In this document: positions 17,789 to 27,133 of the stretch, piece after piece | Layout of the letters: every line of letters starts with the position of its first letter | Position numbering within the stretch: position 1 is the stretch's first letter | Origin: Chitinophagales bacterium | GTDB lineage: Bacteria; Bacteroidota; Bacteroidia; Chitinophagales; LD1 | Length of the DNA: 64,000 bases | Assembly: GCA_044225825.1 (NCBI GenBank) | Contig: JBGAIB010000005.1 | Location: forward strand, 139,967-203,966 | Direction: 5' to 3' | Position numbers and translations under genes: made by a program | Notes under the pieces: model-generated | Told to the model about the DNA's origin: nothing | Seen by the model: only the letters and a program-made list of their open reading frames with translations | Databases searched by the model: none

Positions 17789-18928
17789 ATGTTAAGTTTT
17801 TGGGAGAAGGAATCGCTGTTGCAATACGATGTGATTGTAATAGGCAGCGGCATTGTAGGTCTTTCCACCGCCGCATCGGTTAAGGAGCAGCAACCCACTA
17901 AACGGGTATTAGTGCTTGAACGGGCATTATTACCTACCGGCGCCAGCACCAAAAATGCAGGGTTTGCCTGTATAGGCAGTTTAACCGAAATACTGGATGA
18001 CCTGGAAACAATGAAGGCCGATGAAGTATTGCAGCTGGTAGCCTTACGTTATAAAGGATTGAACCGGTTGCGTATAAGGCTTGGTGATGTCGCTATTGAT
18101 TATGCTGCCAATGGCAGTTATGAGTTAATTGGCCCTGCTGAAAGCTATGCGCTGGACCGACTGAATGAAGTAAACACCTTTTTACAGCCCATGCTTGGTT
18201 CAGCAGCCTTTTCCATGGCGGATGAGCAATTGACAGCTTTTGGTTTTAGCCGCCACTACACGCAACACCTGGTAAAGAATAACCTGGAAGGGCAATTGCA
18301 TACCGGGAAAGCGATCCGCGCGCTTATTGATTATTGTCTGCACCTGGGCATTGAAATAAAAACCGGCTGCGAGGTAACCGGTGTGGAGGACAGCGGCAGC
18401 GATGTATTTGTACATTGCCGAAATGCCACCGGTGGCGAAACACTAACCTTTAAAGCTGCAAAGGCCGCAGTTTGCACCAATGCTTTCAGCCGCCGTTTAT
18501 ACCCTGCACTTGAACTGCAACCCGGCCGGGGGCAGGTGCTGGTTACCGCGCCTATTGCCAATCTGCCTTTCAAAGGCATATTCCACTTTGATAAGGGCTA
18601 TTACTATTTCCGTGAACTGGAAGGCAGGGTATTATTTGGCGGTGGCCGCAACCTGGATTTTGAAGGCGAACGCACAACGGAATTCGCCTTTAACGAAACG
18701 ATACGCACGGCCCTGCTAGAAAAGCTCCGCAACATTATACTGCCGGGTATTGCTTTTGAAGTTACCGATTGGTGGACGGGTATTATGGCCTTTGGCGATA
18801 CCAAGTTCCCCATCATTAAGCAGCACAGCAAAAACGTATGTATGGCGGTGCGTATGGGCGGCATGGGTGTTGCCATCGGTAGTGAGGCCGGCGCTCAGTT
18901 AGCCACCTACATTAACGACTGCAATTAA
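17789..18928 (+). CDS. FAD-dependent oxidoreductase (DAO family)
   Basis: N-terminal dinucleotide fold YDVIVIGSGIVGLSTA...ERA. Length and C-terminal GGMGVAIG fit the glycine/D-amino-acid oxidase family. Confidence 0.8.
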   Translation: MLSFWEKESLLQYDVIVIGSGIVGLSTAASVKEQQPTKRVLVLERALLPTGASTKNAGFACIGSLTEILDDLETMKADEVLQLVALRYKGLNRLRIRLGDVAIDYAANGSYELIGPAESYALDRLNEVNTFLQPMLGSAAFSMADEQLTAFGFSRHYTQHLVKNNLEGQLHTGKAIRALIDYCLHLGIEIKTGCEVTGVEDSGSDVFVHCRNATGGETLTFKAAKAAVCTNAFSRRLYPALELQPGRGQVLVTAPIANLPFKGIFHFDKGYYYFRELEGRVLFGGGRNLDFEGERTTEFAFNETIRTALLEKLRNIILPGIAFEVTDWWTGIMAFGDTKFPIIKQHSKNVCMAVRMGGMGVAIGSEAGAQLATYINDCN

Positions 18929-18985
18929 AAGGCAGGCTGTTATCCTTCCCTTCTCCTGTTATTAAAGGAAACTTCAAGACAGCGC

Positions 18986-19013
18986 AAAAAAAAGCCTCCC
19001 GTTTCCGGAAGGC
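18986..19013 (-). terminator. rho-independent terminator after 19036-19848
   Basis: Minus strand reads GCCTTCCG-GAAA-CGGGAGGC followed by T8. Confidence 0.8.
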
Positions 19014-19035
19014 TCGATTATTGGGGCTAAAAAGT

Positions 19036-19848
19036 TTAACGCATCTGCACTATCTGACGGCTGTAAACTTCGTCGTTGATGGTCATTTTTACGATGAAGA
19101 TACCGCTCATAGAGCCAGCAGCTTTGGCATTGAAATCGAGTGTGTAGGCGCCGGTTTTTTGACTGCCTTCGTATAAGTTGGTGATCAGCTTACCGGTCAT
19201 ATCGTATACTTCCACTTTCACTTTGCTATCGGCTACCAGGTTGTAGCTGATGGTAGCGTTGTCGATAAACGGATTAGGGAATACACTGATGCTGAAAGGT
19301 TCTTCCACATTCAGGTTGCCATCAAAATCGCTTTTGTAGGCTACGGCGTTGTTGCTGTTGTCAACTTTAACCAGATCGGTTACACCACCACTGCAAGGGT
19401 AGTTGTAAATTTCCATATAGCTGGCGGTTGAACCTACCAGGCGCAGGTTATCGCCATTTTTAGAAAAGTATAATTCGCCGCTTTTGAAACACCATAATTT
19501 GCCTTCGGGGCGGATGGCGCTCTTTACTTCTTTTTCGGCAAAGATCAGTTTGTTGCCTACAATTACGCCTTCTATTCTCATATCGGCGTATTCGCCGTTG
19601 GCGTTCAGGATGGTGGAGGTACCGGTAACGATATTGCCTTCCTGTTTCAGTTCAAATTCGTATTCAAATACTTCGATAAAGGTTTTCTTATCCCATGAGT
19701 ACTGCTTGCGTTTGCCTACCCATTTGCCGCTTACATCGAGGCCGGATACCTCTTTTGCATTAAGAATATTGTTCTTGGTTTCGGCAGCATATACAGCACC
19801 GGTGGCAAGCATAAAGAAGGCTAGTAGAGTTATGGAAATGCGCTTCAT
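19036..19848 (-). CDS. secreted hypothetical protein, lipocalin-like N-terminal part plus T9SS C-terminal sorting domain
   Basis: Signal peptide. The SGKWVGKRKQYSW start looks like a beta-barrel/lipocalin-like domain. Last ~85 aa are a type A CTD (VFPNPFIDNATISY...IVQMR). Confidence 0.7.
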   Translation of the reverse strand: MKRISITLLAFFMLATGAVYAAETKNNILNAKEVSGLDVSGKWVGKRKQYSWDKKTFIEVFEYEFELKQEGNIVTGTSTILNANGEYADMRIEGVIVGNKLIFAEKEVKSAIRPEGKLWCFKSGELYFSKNGDNLRLVGSTASYMEIYNYPCSGGVTDLVKVDNSNNAVAYKSDFDGNLNVEEPFSISVFPNPFIDNATISYNLVADSKVKVEVYDMTGKLITNLYEGSQKTGAYTLDFNAKAAGSMSGIFIVKMTINDEVYSRQIVQMR

Positions 19849-19991
19849 ATGGAAGATGTTTTTTAGTTAAGAAATCACCTGTAAGATGTATATAGAATCA
19901 AATTCCATACGGAAAGTAACAGAAAATTAAGGCTTTCTCAAATGCAGGATGTTAAAAAGTTTAAGGAGGAGAATACGGATTAGGCCTTCGT

Positions 19992-20028
19992 AAAAAAAGA
20001 AACGGCGGGCCGTATGGTCCGCCGTTTC
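19992..20028 (-). terminator. rho-independent terminator after the 2137-aa gene
   Basis: Minus strand reads GAAACGGCGGACC-ATAC-GGCCCGCCGTTTC followed by T7. Confidence 0.8.
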
Positions 20029-20050
20029 AGCTATTGAAGTAGTTAACAGC

Positions 20051-23000
20051 TTATTTGGTATTGGTAATAAACACCTGCTTGGTGGTTACACCCTCGTTGT
20101 TTTTAACACTTACCACCACATAACCTGCCTCCAGGTTATTTAAGGTTCTGGTGTAAATGGTAGACTTACCGAATTGCTCGGTGCTAATAACCTGGCCAAG
20201 CAAATTATAGATGCTGATAGTTGCTTCTACGTTTTTCTGGCTGCTGAAATCCACATACACACGGTCTTCATTACTCCAGATGGCGATCTTATCTTTTGCC
20301 AGCTCGTTAATACCTGTAGTAGCTTTAGCCGTAACTGTTATTGATTGGCTTGTGCTTCCCTGGCAGGCATCGGCATTTTCTACCATCATGGTTACGGAGT
20401 AAACACCTTCCTGCGCGTATTGGTGGCTGATAGCCTGACCATTCAACAAGGTGCCATCGCCCATATCCCACTGGGTGGTAACTATACCAGGAGTAGTATT
20501 GGAGAAGCCGATGTTTTCGCCCACCTCAGCCACAGTTTTGCTGGTATTAAAGGCAGGCTGAACAGTTTGTAAACCGCTTAACTGCAGGTTTTTAACCACT
20601 GTATAACCGTTGATATCGGTTAAGGTAAGGGTATAAACACCCGGTGCTGCACTAACAGATACAGGGGCATTGTTACTTAAAGTACCGCTGCTGATAAGCA
20701 CACCGTTCTGATTAAGCATGGTGTAGTTCCAGGTGGCTGAACCCGGTTGCTGCAGGCTGATCTGTCCGTTGGCATTACAAGTGCCGTCGTTCATGTTAAA
20801 CTTAGCAGCCGGTGTAAAGTGCAATACAAAGCGGTTCCAGTTGTCGGCTGAATCGGATGTAAAGGCATAGTCGCCGTTGCGCACATCATGCATCAGGCCC
20901 AGTTTCTTGTCTTCCAGTTTTACATAGCTGGTAGGGTCAAAGGTGCCCATACCATCAAAATGGAATACATAGCTGCCGCTGATGCCCGGTTCGAAGCCCA
21001 TAGGCACTGTGCTGGTTTCGTCGATGCTGTGCAGAATGTTATCCGACATCCAGGCCATAGGATCGCTGTTGTAGGTATATAAGGTATGACGGTTGAGTGC
21101 ACCTGCAAACTTCTGACCATCGTATTCAGGATCAAAAGCGGTAGTTGCTGCGCCATTAAATGCCACGGTAGTTACATCCAGTAACTGGGTAGTGGTATTT
21201 TCAGCGGTAATCTTCAGTTGCTGATCATTCGCCTGCTTCATAAAGGCCGGAGCGGTTGATTTGGTTCTATCGCTACCGTTGATGGTATAGCTAATAGGAG
21301 TTCCCGGCGTAGTAACGTGTGCCAGGAAGGCCTGGAACGGCGGAACTATTGTAGCTGCCTGGTATGAACCTGCAAACGGACCTGCGTTATGCCATACCAG
21401 TTTCTGCGAATAGAAGCCGGATGGTGTATTGCTGATATCCAGGTTAGCAAGGTAAGGGTTACCAATCATGGCCCAGCCGGAGCCCATCGGGCGGCCCTGC
21501 AAGGTTATGTTAGTCCAGTTGGTATTGGTTAAACCGCTCAACGTATAACTGCTGCCCAGGTTAGGTGCACCGGTAACAGTTAAAACACCGGCACCGTATT
21601 TGCGCACAGAATAACCTTTGCCATTAACTGCGGAACCACCAGTTTCAAACTTCCAGCTAGCCATACCGCAGGTGGCACCGTTGGTTTCATCTAAACTTGC
21701 TACCGCACCGTAAGGCGAATGAGAGTCCAATCCTGTTTCGTCGCAGGCAGGTGTAGGGATGGCATAACCTCCGGTACCGCCGGCACCAAACTGGCTAAGC
21801 GGCAGGTTGTTGATAGGAGAACCCATATAATGCGCATCGTAAGTGCTGCTGCTATGGTAATAACGCTCAGCCTTAATATTACCGCTTATAGAACCGGTGT
21901 AACCGGCACTGAAGTTATCGATAATACCGATTTGCGTATCGCTTGTACTACGGAAGATCAGTGTGCCTGAGCCTGTGGTGATCGTACCGCTTTGCAGGGC
22001 TACTTCATTAAAGATGTCGAAGCGGCTGCCTGCTGCAAGTGTAGCACCTGTAGCGTTGTTTAAGCGTAAGGTCTGGAATTCGGTTTTGCCGCTCATTGCC
22101 TGATTGGTGGAACCATTCAATTCCAACTCGCCTGCACCGTTAATATGTGAAGGCTGTGAACTACCACCCACAAATGTGGCGCATACCGAAAGTTTCTGAC
22201 CTGCATCGATATCGATAATTGCATTGTTCTGCACATTAATATCGCCCACCTGAGGAGAAGTAGTAGTAATATGCGGGAAGTTACCTCCTACCGGTGCTGT
22301 TGGTATAGTAACATCAGCCGCACAACTGTTTGGCACGGCATTGTAGCTCCAGTTATTCGGATCAAACCAATCCACCGAGTAACCTAACCATACGCTGTTA
22401 CAAGTTCCGAAAGTCATATCCATATCATCGGTTACTACCGGACAAGGACTTGCTGCGGTTACATGTAGGGTAAGGGTTACCAGCGTTTCGCCGGGGCCTG
22501 ATACGTAGGTTGGGGTTAAGGTAGTAGCATTGGTTAATGTACCTGTGCCATTGTGCGTCCAGTTATAAGAAACATCGTTTGTTACCGATGCAGCGCTTAC
22601 CGAAGTAGCAAGACCCGAACAACCACCGGTAATATCCGGGCCGGCATCAGCCGTAGCCGGATCAGAAACTGTAATATTAACCGTACCTGTTAAATCGGTA
22701 GGCTTAGCAGTACACTTACTATCGCTTAAGGTAGCAAGGGTATAGGTTGCATTGGAAGTTGGTGATACACTAACTGTAATCGGGCTGCTGTTGCCACTAA
22801 AGGCAGTGCCATCCGATAGGGTACCGTTCCACGGACCGGTACCTGTAACTGCAATACTTAAGTTTTTGCTACCACCGTTACACAAACTGCCGCTGCCGCT
22901 TAAAGCACCTGTTGGGCGCGGGTTAACCGTTACATTTAATGTTAACGGATTACCCGGGCAACCCTGGTTAGACGGGGTGCAGGTTAAAGTAACAGGAGAA

Positions 23001-26000
23001 GTGTTACCGAAAGTTACAATGGCCGAGTTACCGGAAGTTACAGAAGATGCAGCCCCGGTAATATTCCAAGTGTAAGCATTCACTATGATAACTCCGTCGG
23101 CGCTATAGCCTACGTTAGCATCGCCGGCACAAACTACAGTTGGGCCGTTGATCACACCGCCAGATGGCAGGGCAATAAGCGACTTAGTTACCACATTAGA
23201 ATAAACACTGCCGCAGGCGTTAGAAGCCATCATTTGGAAACAACGGTCAACTATTAAACCAGATGGTGGGTCGTAGCTGCTGGCGTTGGTTGAAGGGATA
23301 GCCGTCCAAACCCCACTGCAATTATCGCTCTGATACCATTGGTAGCTCCAGGTACCGTTACCACCTGTAGGGGCAGTAGCTGTATTCATCGGACCAGGAT
23401 CGCCGTTGTAGCAAACGTCTTCCTTACCATTAATAACCGGTGCCGTAAGATTACTGCTAACGGTAAAGTCGCTGTAAACAGGTATCGACCAACCCATACA
23501 AGGGTCACGTACCATCAAGCGAACACGGTAAGTGCTGCCCGGTGTAAAGTTAGGCGCACTGGCATTTAAAGTTACCGATGCCAGGGATGAAGAAGTAATA
23601 GTGGATGCTGCTACAGTAGAGGCGGGGTTAAATATTACCCAATCGTAATCTACTGCGGACTGTCCGCTTGGAATAGTAGCAGTTAAAGTAAAGTTAGTGC
23701 CCGGGCAAATTGGGTTCGGGTTAATATTGATTGAAGGGGTTTGCCTTGTAGAAATAACCTTGATGTAATTATTTAAGGTATTAGACACACCACCTGGTGT
23801 TAATACAACGTCGTAAGTTCCTGTAGCAGTTGCATATACATTAATAGAAGAAGAACTTACAGTATAAGATGTGCTAGACGTGTTTTGGTCATTAACGAAT
23901 GCGAAACCGGCAGGAAGGGTCCAGTTGCCGCCACCGCTCTTAGTGAGACCAATTTGCGAATTAGTAGCTCCATTACCATTGGAGTAGTCCACGGTAACTG
24001 TAGCCGGACTTGGAATAGTAACGGAAGGAGAAGATGTTGTTGTACCTACCACCAATTGGGCGGATAAACCATTGGCACCATCACGGCCACGACCGCCGGT
24101 ACCCCCGGCACCACCCGTGCCACCATTACCGGCACATTGGCCGCAGACTACGCTACCATCGCAACCGCCGCCTGCACCACCGCTTCCGCTAGCACCAGCC
24201 TGGCCTGCTGCGCCATTACCGCCGGTACCAACCGAACCAAGTGTGTAGGTTATATTTTGAAGATTAGAACCAGTAGCAGAGTTATAGGCCCATATACCGA
24301 AGGTTCCACCGCCGCCGAAGCCACCGTTGCCCCCTAAACCGCCTTTTCCGCCAGCGCCACCGGCACCACCATTTCCTCCACTCTCACTACCGCAAACGCA
24401 GGTACCAAAACGAGCACCTGAACCGCCACCTCCCTGACCACCGCCGCCGCCGCCCTGGCCGGCAACAGATTGCCCAGCCGGTAAAAAGTATTGTATAGCT
24501 GTAATAGTAGCAGTAGGTCTGTCGTTCACGTTCCAACTGCTTCCGGTAAGGCCTGCGCCACCAGTAGCACCTGCATTGCCGTTTACGCCGCCGCAGCATA
24601 TTCCACCGCTACCAGCAGGGTCGCCGCCGCCGCCGCCGCCACCGCCACCTGCACCGTTAGAACCTGCAGGATTAACATAGCCAGGACCGCCGGTACCTGT
24701 AGCTCCTGCAGCTCCGGTTCCACCACCACCAGGGTTACCACAACCGTTAGCACTACCACCACCGTTGGCACTACTGCCGCCGTTAGCACCACCACCGGTG
24801 CCAGCAGGTGTTGTACCATTAGCTCCGGCTGAGGCATTGCCCGTTGTAATATCGCAGCGGGTTACGTTGTAATTAGAACAACCAGAAATAAACACACCGT
24901 AATTTGAACATCCACGGCTGCTGGCAGAACCTGATGAGTTTCCCATAACAATTTTAAGATCGTTAAGGGTCCAGCCCGTTTTGCTTACAGCTTTAAATCC
25001 GACTGTATGACATACATCAACACCTGCACCACCACCATTTGTTACAGTTTCGCTACCACTCATATTTATGGTAACGGTTTTGGAACTGTTCTTTTTCCAG
25101 TTGGTGCCAGTTTTTTCCCAGCAGCCATCTATCACCAGGTTATCAGCCAGGTTAATTATGTTGGTTTCGGTATAAGTTCCCCCGGCGATACGAATGGTAT
25201 TGCGGGAGTTATCAGCGGCATATAAGGCCATGGCCCTGGTAAGGGTAAGCACAGGTCCATCGGGGCCGCCCTGGTTAGCATCGTTGCCGCCATCGGCGCT
25301 TGTTGCTACATAAACAGCGCCACAAGCGGGCTGCGACACAATCACATTACAAGTAGAAACAGCATCAGCTGCAGGACAAGCATCGCCATAAGTTACAGAT
25401 ACAGTATAAGAACCTGATGAAGGAAAGGTAATTACTGTTGGCGCCGCATTAGTAGGGCTAATAGTTGCACCACCTGTTGCGGCCCATGTATAACTTGTAG
25501 AATTGATGACAGCACCAGCTGCAGGAGCACGTAAGATATCAAAGTCGTACCCAACACCAGGTAGTACCGTAGCACCGCAAGCAGCACTTTGTATGGCCGG
25601 TGGTGTTGATATGGGAGCATAAGTTACACGGAAACACTGTGAAGCAGTGGTATTCGAATTGAAATCGGCTGCGCAATTGGATGTTACCAAACAGCGGTAG
25701 ATACGGGTGCCCGGTGTTTGCGGAGGAGTATAAGTGCTGCTTGTTGCAGCCGGGCTTACGTCGGTCCAACCGGAAGTAGCACAAGAAGCTGGATCGCTTG
25801 TGGCAGTATTAACCTGCCACTTAAAAAATTTACCCATTGCATTACCATTGGCATCGTTGGCAACAGTTACTGCCAGCGTAGTATTAGTGCCTGTGCAAAA
25901 TGTACGATCGTAAGGAGCTGTTGCTGTAACGGTAGGAGCACTGGCAAAGGACCACCATATACGCACCTGATAACGGTAACGACCGCAGAAAGGGGTTGTA

Positions 26001-26464
26001 TAAGTATTCCATTGACACGGTGGCTGATTACGGAAGTTGATTGTGCTTAAGGAGTTATTTGTGCAACGGTTGTTATCGGCAACGGCACCGAATGCACAGG
26101 CAAGACCACCGGTAGAATAAGAACAGTCAGCATCCTGACAATCGTTTTCCCAGGCATCCAATTTAAGTGTTACGGTAGTTGCATTAGTACCCGTATGGTA
26201 CAACAACTGGTCAAAAGAACCGGGATTCCAGATAGTGCCGCCCATTTCGCCGTAGGAATAGCACCAGCCTGTCAGGCTTAGCGAACCACCGGCGCCATTA
26301 TCAACTGCGTTCATGGTCCATGCCGGATCGGGATTACCGCACAAGCCGCAATCGCCATAACCGGTACGTTCTACCTGAACAATCTGCACTTCAAGGTTAA
26401 CATTCTGTGCTTTAGTGAGGGTGGCCCATGTAAGAAAGGCCAATAGGTATATAATTTTTTTCAT
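20051..26464 (-). CDS. giant (2137 aa) T9SS-secreted cell-surface protein: Cys-rich N-domain, Ig-like repeats, beta-helix-like region, glycine-rich region, PKD domain, type A CTD
   Basis: Signal peptide MKKIIYLLAFLTWATLTKAQ. Repeated Ig-like modules. Possible beta-helix-like segment (NTIRIAGGTYTE, CSNYGVFISGCSNYNVTRCDI; my inference from repetitive short motifs, no family recognised). About 255-aa Gly-rich block. PKD domain (WDMGDGT...HQYAQEGVYSVTMMV) near 20330-20570. CTD at 20051-20300. Confidence 0.85.
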   Translation of the reverse strand: MKKIIYLLAFLTWATLTKAQNVNLEVQIVQVERTGYGDCGLCGNPDPAWTMNAVDNGAGGSLSLTGWCYSYGEMGGTIWNPGSFDQLLYHTGTNATTVTLKLDAWENDCQDADCSYSTGGLACAFGAVADNNRCTNNSLSTINFRNQPPCQWNTYTTPFCGRYRYQVRIWWSFASAPTVTATAPYDRTFCTGTNTTLAVTVANDANGNAMGKFFKWQVNTATSDPASCATSGWTDVSPAATSSTYTPPQTPGTRIYRCLVTSNCAADFNSNTTASQCFRVTYAPISTPPAIQSAACGATVLPGVGYDFDILRAPAAGAVINSTSYTWAATGGATISPTNAAPTVITFPSSGSYTVSVTYGDACPAADAVSTCNVIVSQPACGAVYVATSADGGNDANQGGPDGPVLTLTRAMALYAADNSRNTIRIAGGTYTETNIINLADNLVIDGCWEKTGTNWKKNSSKTVTINMSGSETVTNGGGAGVDVCHTVGFKAVSKTGWTLNDLKIVMGNSSGSASSRGCSNYGVFISGCSNYNVTRCDITTGNASAGANGTTPAGTGGGANGGSSANGGGSANGCGNPGGGGTGAAGATGTGGPGYVNPAGSNGAGGGGGGGGGDPAGSGGICCGGVNGNAGATGGAGLTGSSWNVNDRPTATITAIQYFLPAGQSVAGQGGGGGGQGGGGSGARFGTCVCGSESGGNGGAGGAGGKGGLGGNGGFGGGGTFGIWAYNSATGSNLQNITYTLGSVGTGGNGAAGQAGASGSGGAGGGCDGSVVCGQCAGNGGTGGAGGTGGRGRDGANGLSAQLVVGTTTSSPSVTIPSPATVTVDYSNGNGATNSQIGLTKSGGGNWTLPAGFAFVNDQNTSSTSYTVSSSSINVYATATGTYDVVLTPGGVSNTLNNYIKVISTRQTPSININPNPICPGTNFTLTATIPSGQSAVDYDWVIFNPASTVAASTITSSSLASVTLNASAPNFTPGSTYRVRLMVRDPCMGWSIPVYSDFTVSSNLTAPVINGKEDVCYNGDPGPMNTATAPTGGNGTWSYQWYQSDNCSGVWTAIPSTNASSYDPPSGLIVDRCFQMMASNACGSVYSNVVTKSLIALPSGGVINGPTVVCAGDANVGYSADGVIIVNAYTWNITGAASSVTSGNSAIVTFGNTSPVTLTCTPSNQGCPGNPLTLNVTVNPRPTGALSGSGSLCNGGSKNLSIAVTGTGPWNGTLSDGTAFSGNSSPITVSVSPTSNATYTLATLSDSKCTAKPTDLTGTVNITVSDPATADAGPDITGGCSGLATSVSAASVTNDVSYNWTHNGTGTLTNATTLTPTYVSGPGETLVTLTLHVTAASPCPVVTDDMDMTFGTCNSVWLGYSVDWFDPNNWSYNAVPNSCAADVTIPTAPVGGNFPHITTTSPQVGDINVQNNAIIDIDAGQKLSVCATFVGGSSQPSHINGAGELELNGSTNQAMSGKTEFQTLRLNNATGATLAAGSRFDIFNEVALQSGTITTGSGTLIFRSTSDTQIGIIDNFSAGYTGSISGNIKAERYYHSSSTYDAHYMGSPINNLPLSQFGAGGTGGYAIPTPACDETGLDSHSPYGAVASLDETNGATCGMASWKFETGGSAVNGKGYSVRKYGAGVLTVTGAPNLGSSYTLSGLTNTNWTNITLQGRPMGSGWAMIGNPYLANLDISNTPSGFYSQKLVWHNAGPFAGSYQAATIVPPFQAFLAHVTTPGTPISYTINGSDRTKSTAPAFMKQANDQQLKITAENTTTQLLDVTTVAFNGAATTAFDPEYDGQKFAGALNRHTLYTYNSDPMAWMSDNILHSIDETSTVPMGFEPGISGSYVFHFDGMGTFDPTSYVKLEDKKLGLMHDVRNGDYAFTSDSADNWNRFVLHFTPAAKFNMNDGTCNANGQISLQQPGSATWNYTMLNQNGVLISSGTLSNNAPVSVSAAPGVYTLTLTDINGYTVVKNLQLSGLQTVQPAFNTSKTVAEVGENIGFSNTTPGIVTTQWDMGDGTLLNGQAISHQYAQEGVYSVTMMVENADACQGSTSQSITVTAKATTGINELAKDKIAIWSNEDRVYVDFSSQKNVEATISIYNLLGQVISTEQFGKSTIYTRTLNNLEAGYVVVSVKNNEGVTTKQVFITNTK
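24072..24840 (-). repeat. low-complexity glycine-rich coding block (GGxGGxGG, PGRS-like) containing GCC/GGC triplet runs
   Basis: Encodes ...GGGANGGSSANGGGSANG...GAGGGGGGGGGDPAGSGG...GGNGGAGGAGGKGGLGGNGGFGGGG...GGTGGAGGTGGRGRDG. Contains (GCC)6 at 24623-24640 and (GCC)5 at 24440-24454. Confidence 0.85.
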
Positions 26465-26471
26465 AGGTGGC

Positions 26472-26927
26472 TTAGTTTGCTTTAGTGAAAGTGTACGACT
26501 CGGTTACGGAAGGATCGTCGTGCGAAATCGTAAATCCGCCGCCAGAAAAGGTGATATCGTAAGCGGTGGTTGAAACCGATCCCTGTACCGGCTCACCTCC
26601 TTTTTTACCTACGCCACTATAGAAAGTCATTATCAATTTTCCGTCCTTTATTTCAAAGGTGGCGGTGATGGGGTTTTCCTGCATTTTGAAGGTAACACGA
26701 CCATCTTTGCCAACTACCATCACCTCGCCTTTTAAAATCAGGTTGGTCCAAAGGCTGGATTCATCGGTTAAGGTAGCCGGTGTTTCGTGGTCAACAATAC
26801 TGTGATTGGTAATCTTCCAACTGCCTGTAAAATCGAATGGCTTGTCGGATTGTGCAAGTATGCTTTTAGCAGGAAGTAATAGCAAAAGCATACAAAAAAG
26901 CACCTCAGGGTAGAGCTTTTTGATCAT
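26472..26927 (-). CDS. small exported lipocalin-like protein, apparently co-transcribed with the giant gene
   Basis: ATG at 26927 (MIKKLYPEVLFCMLLLLLPAKSILAQ signal peptide). TGSWKITNH start and alternating beta pattern. Its stop lies 7 nt upstream of the 2137-aa gene start. Confidence 0.65.
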   Translation of the reverse strand: MIKKLYPEVLFCMLLLLLPAKSILAQSDKPFDFTGSWKITNHSIVDHETPATLTDESSLWTNLILKGEVMVVGKDGRVTFKMQENPITATFEIKDGKLIMTFYSGVGKKGGEPVQGSVSTTAYDITFSGGGFTISHDDPSVTESYTFTKAN

Positions 26928-27133
26928 AGATGAAGGTTTAGTTATTCTTAAAATAACCAAAAGCAGTCCAACATGTCAAGCATTAGATGTGCACATGTAT
27001 ATAATGAACTGAACTTCAACCCAAAATAAAACATGAAGAACAATTAAAATGATCGATTCATCCTGCTTGACGGCCACTAAACCTTACACTTACTGCCTTT
27101 AATTGTGGGCATTAATACCCCGTTAATGCCGCT

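Noticed and set aside
24137-24837. Plus-strand and alternative-frame ORFs inside the glycine-rich block (60-113 aa; rich in Ala/Thr/Ser/Cys on the plus strand, Arg/Trp or Val/Ala/Thr in the minus alternative frames).
   Set aside because: They are artefacts of GGN/GCC repeat DNA, which stays open in several frames. The only long, coherent reading is the 2137-aa minus-strand gene.
26455-26461. An A7/T7 homopolymer in codons 2-4 of the giant gene as a phase-variation switch.
   Set aside because: It simply encodes the common MKKI signal-peptide start. Seven bases is short for efficient slippage, and several other genes in this window begin with similar Lys-rich codons.
26987-26996. The palindrome ATGTGCACAT upstream of the giant-gene operon, as part of a TGTGCACA regulon together with 8626-8633 and R2.
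   Set aside because: The same 8-mer or 10-mer palindrome also occurs inside coding sequence (lpxA at 50240-50249 and the FtsX permease at 63083-63092). My eye scan therefore does not support intergenic specificity. The motif seems generally over-represented, and only a genome-wide count can say more.
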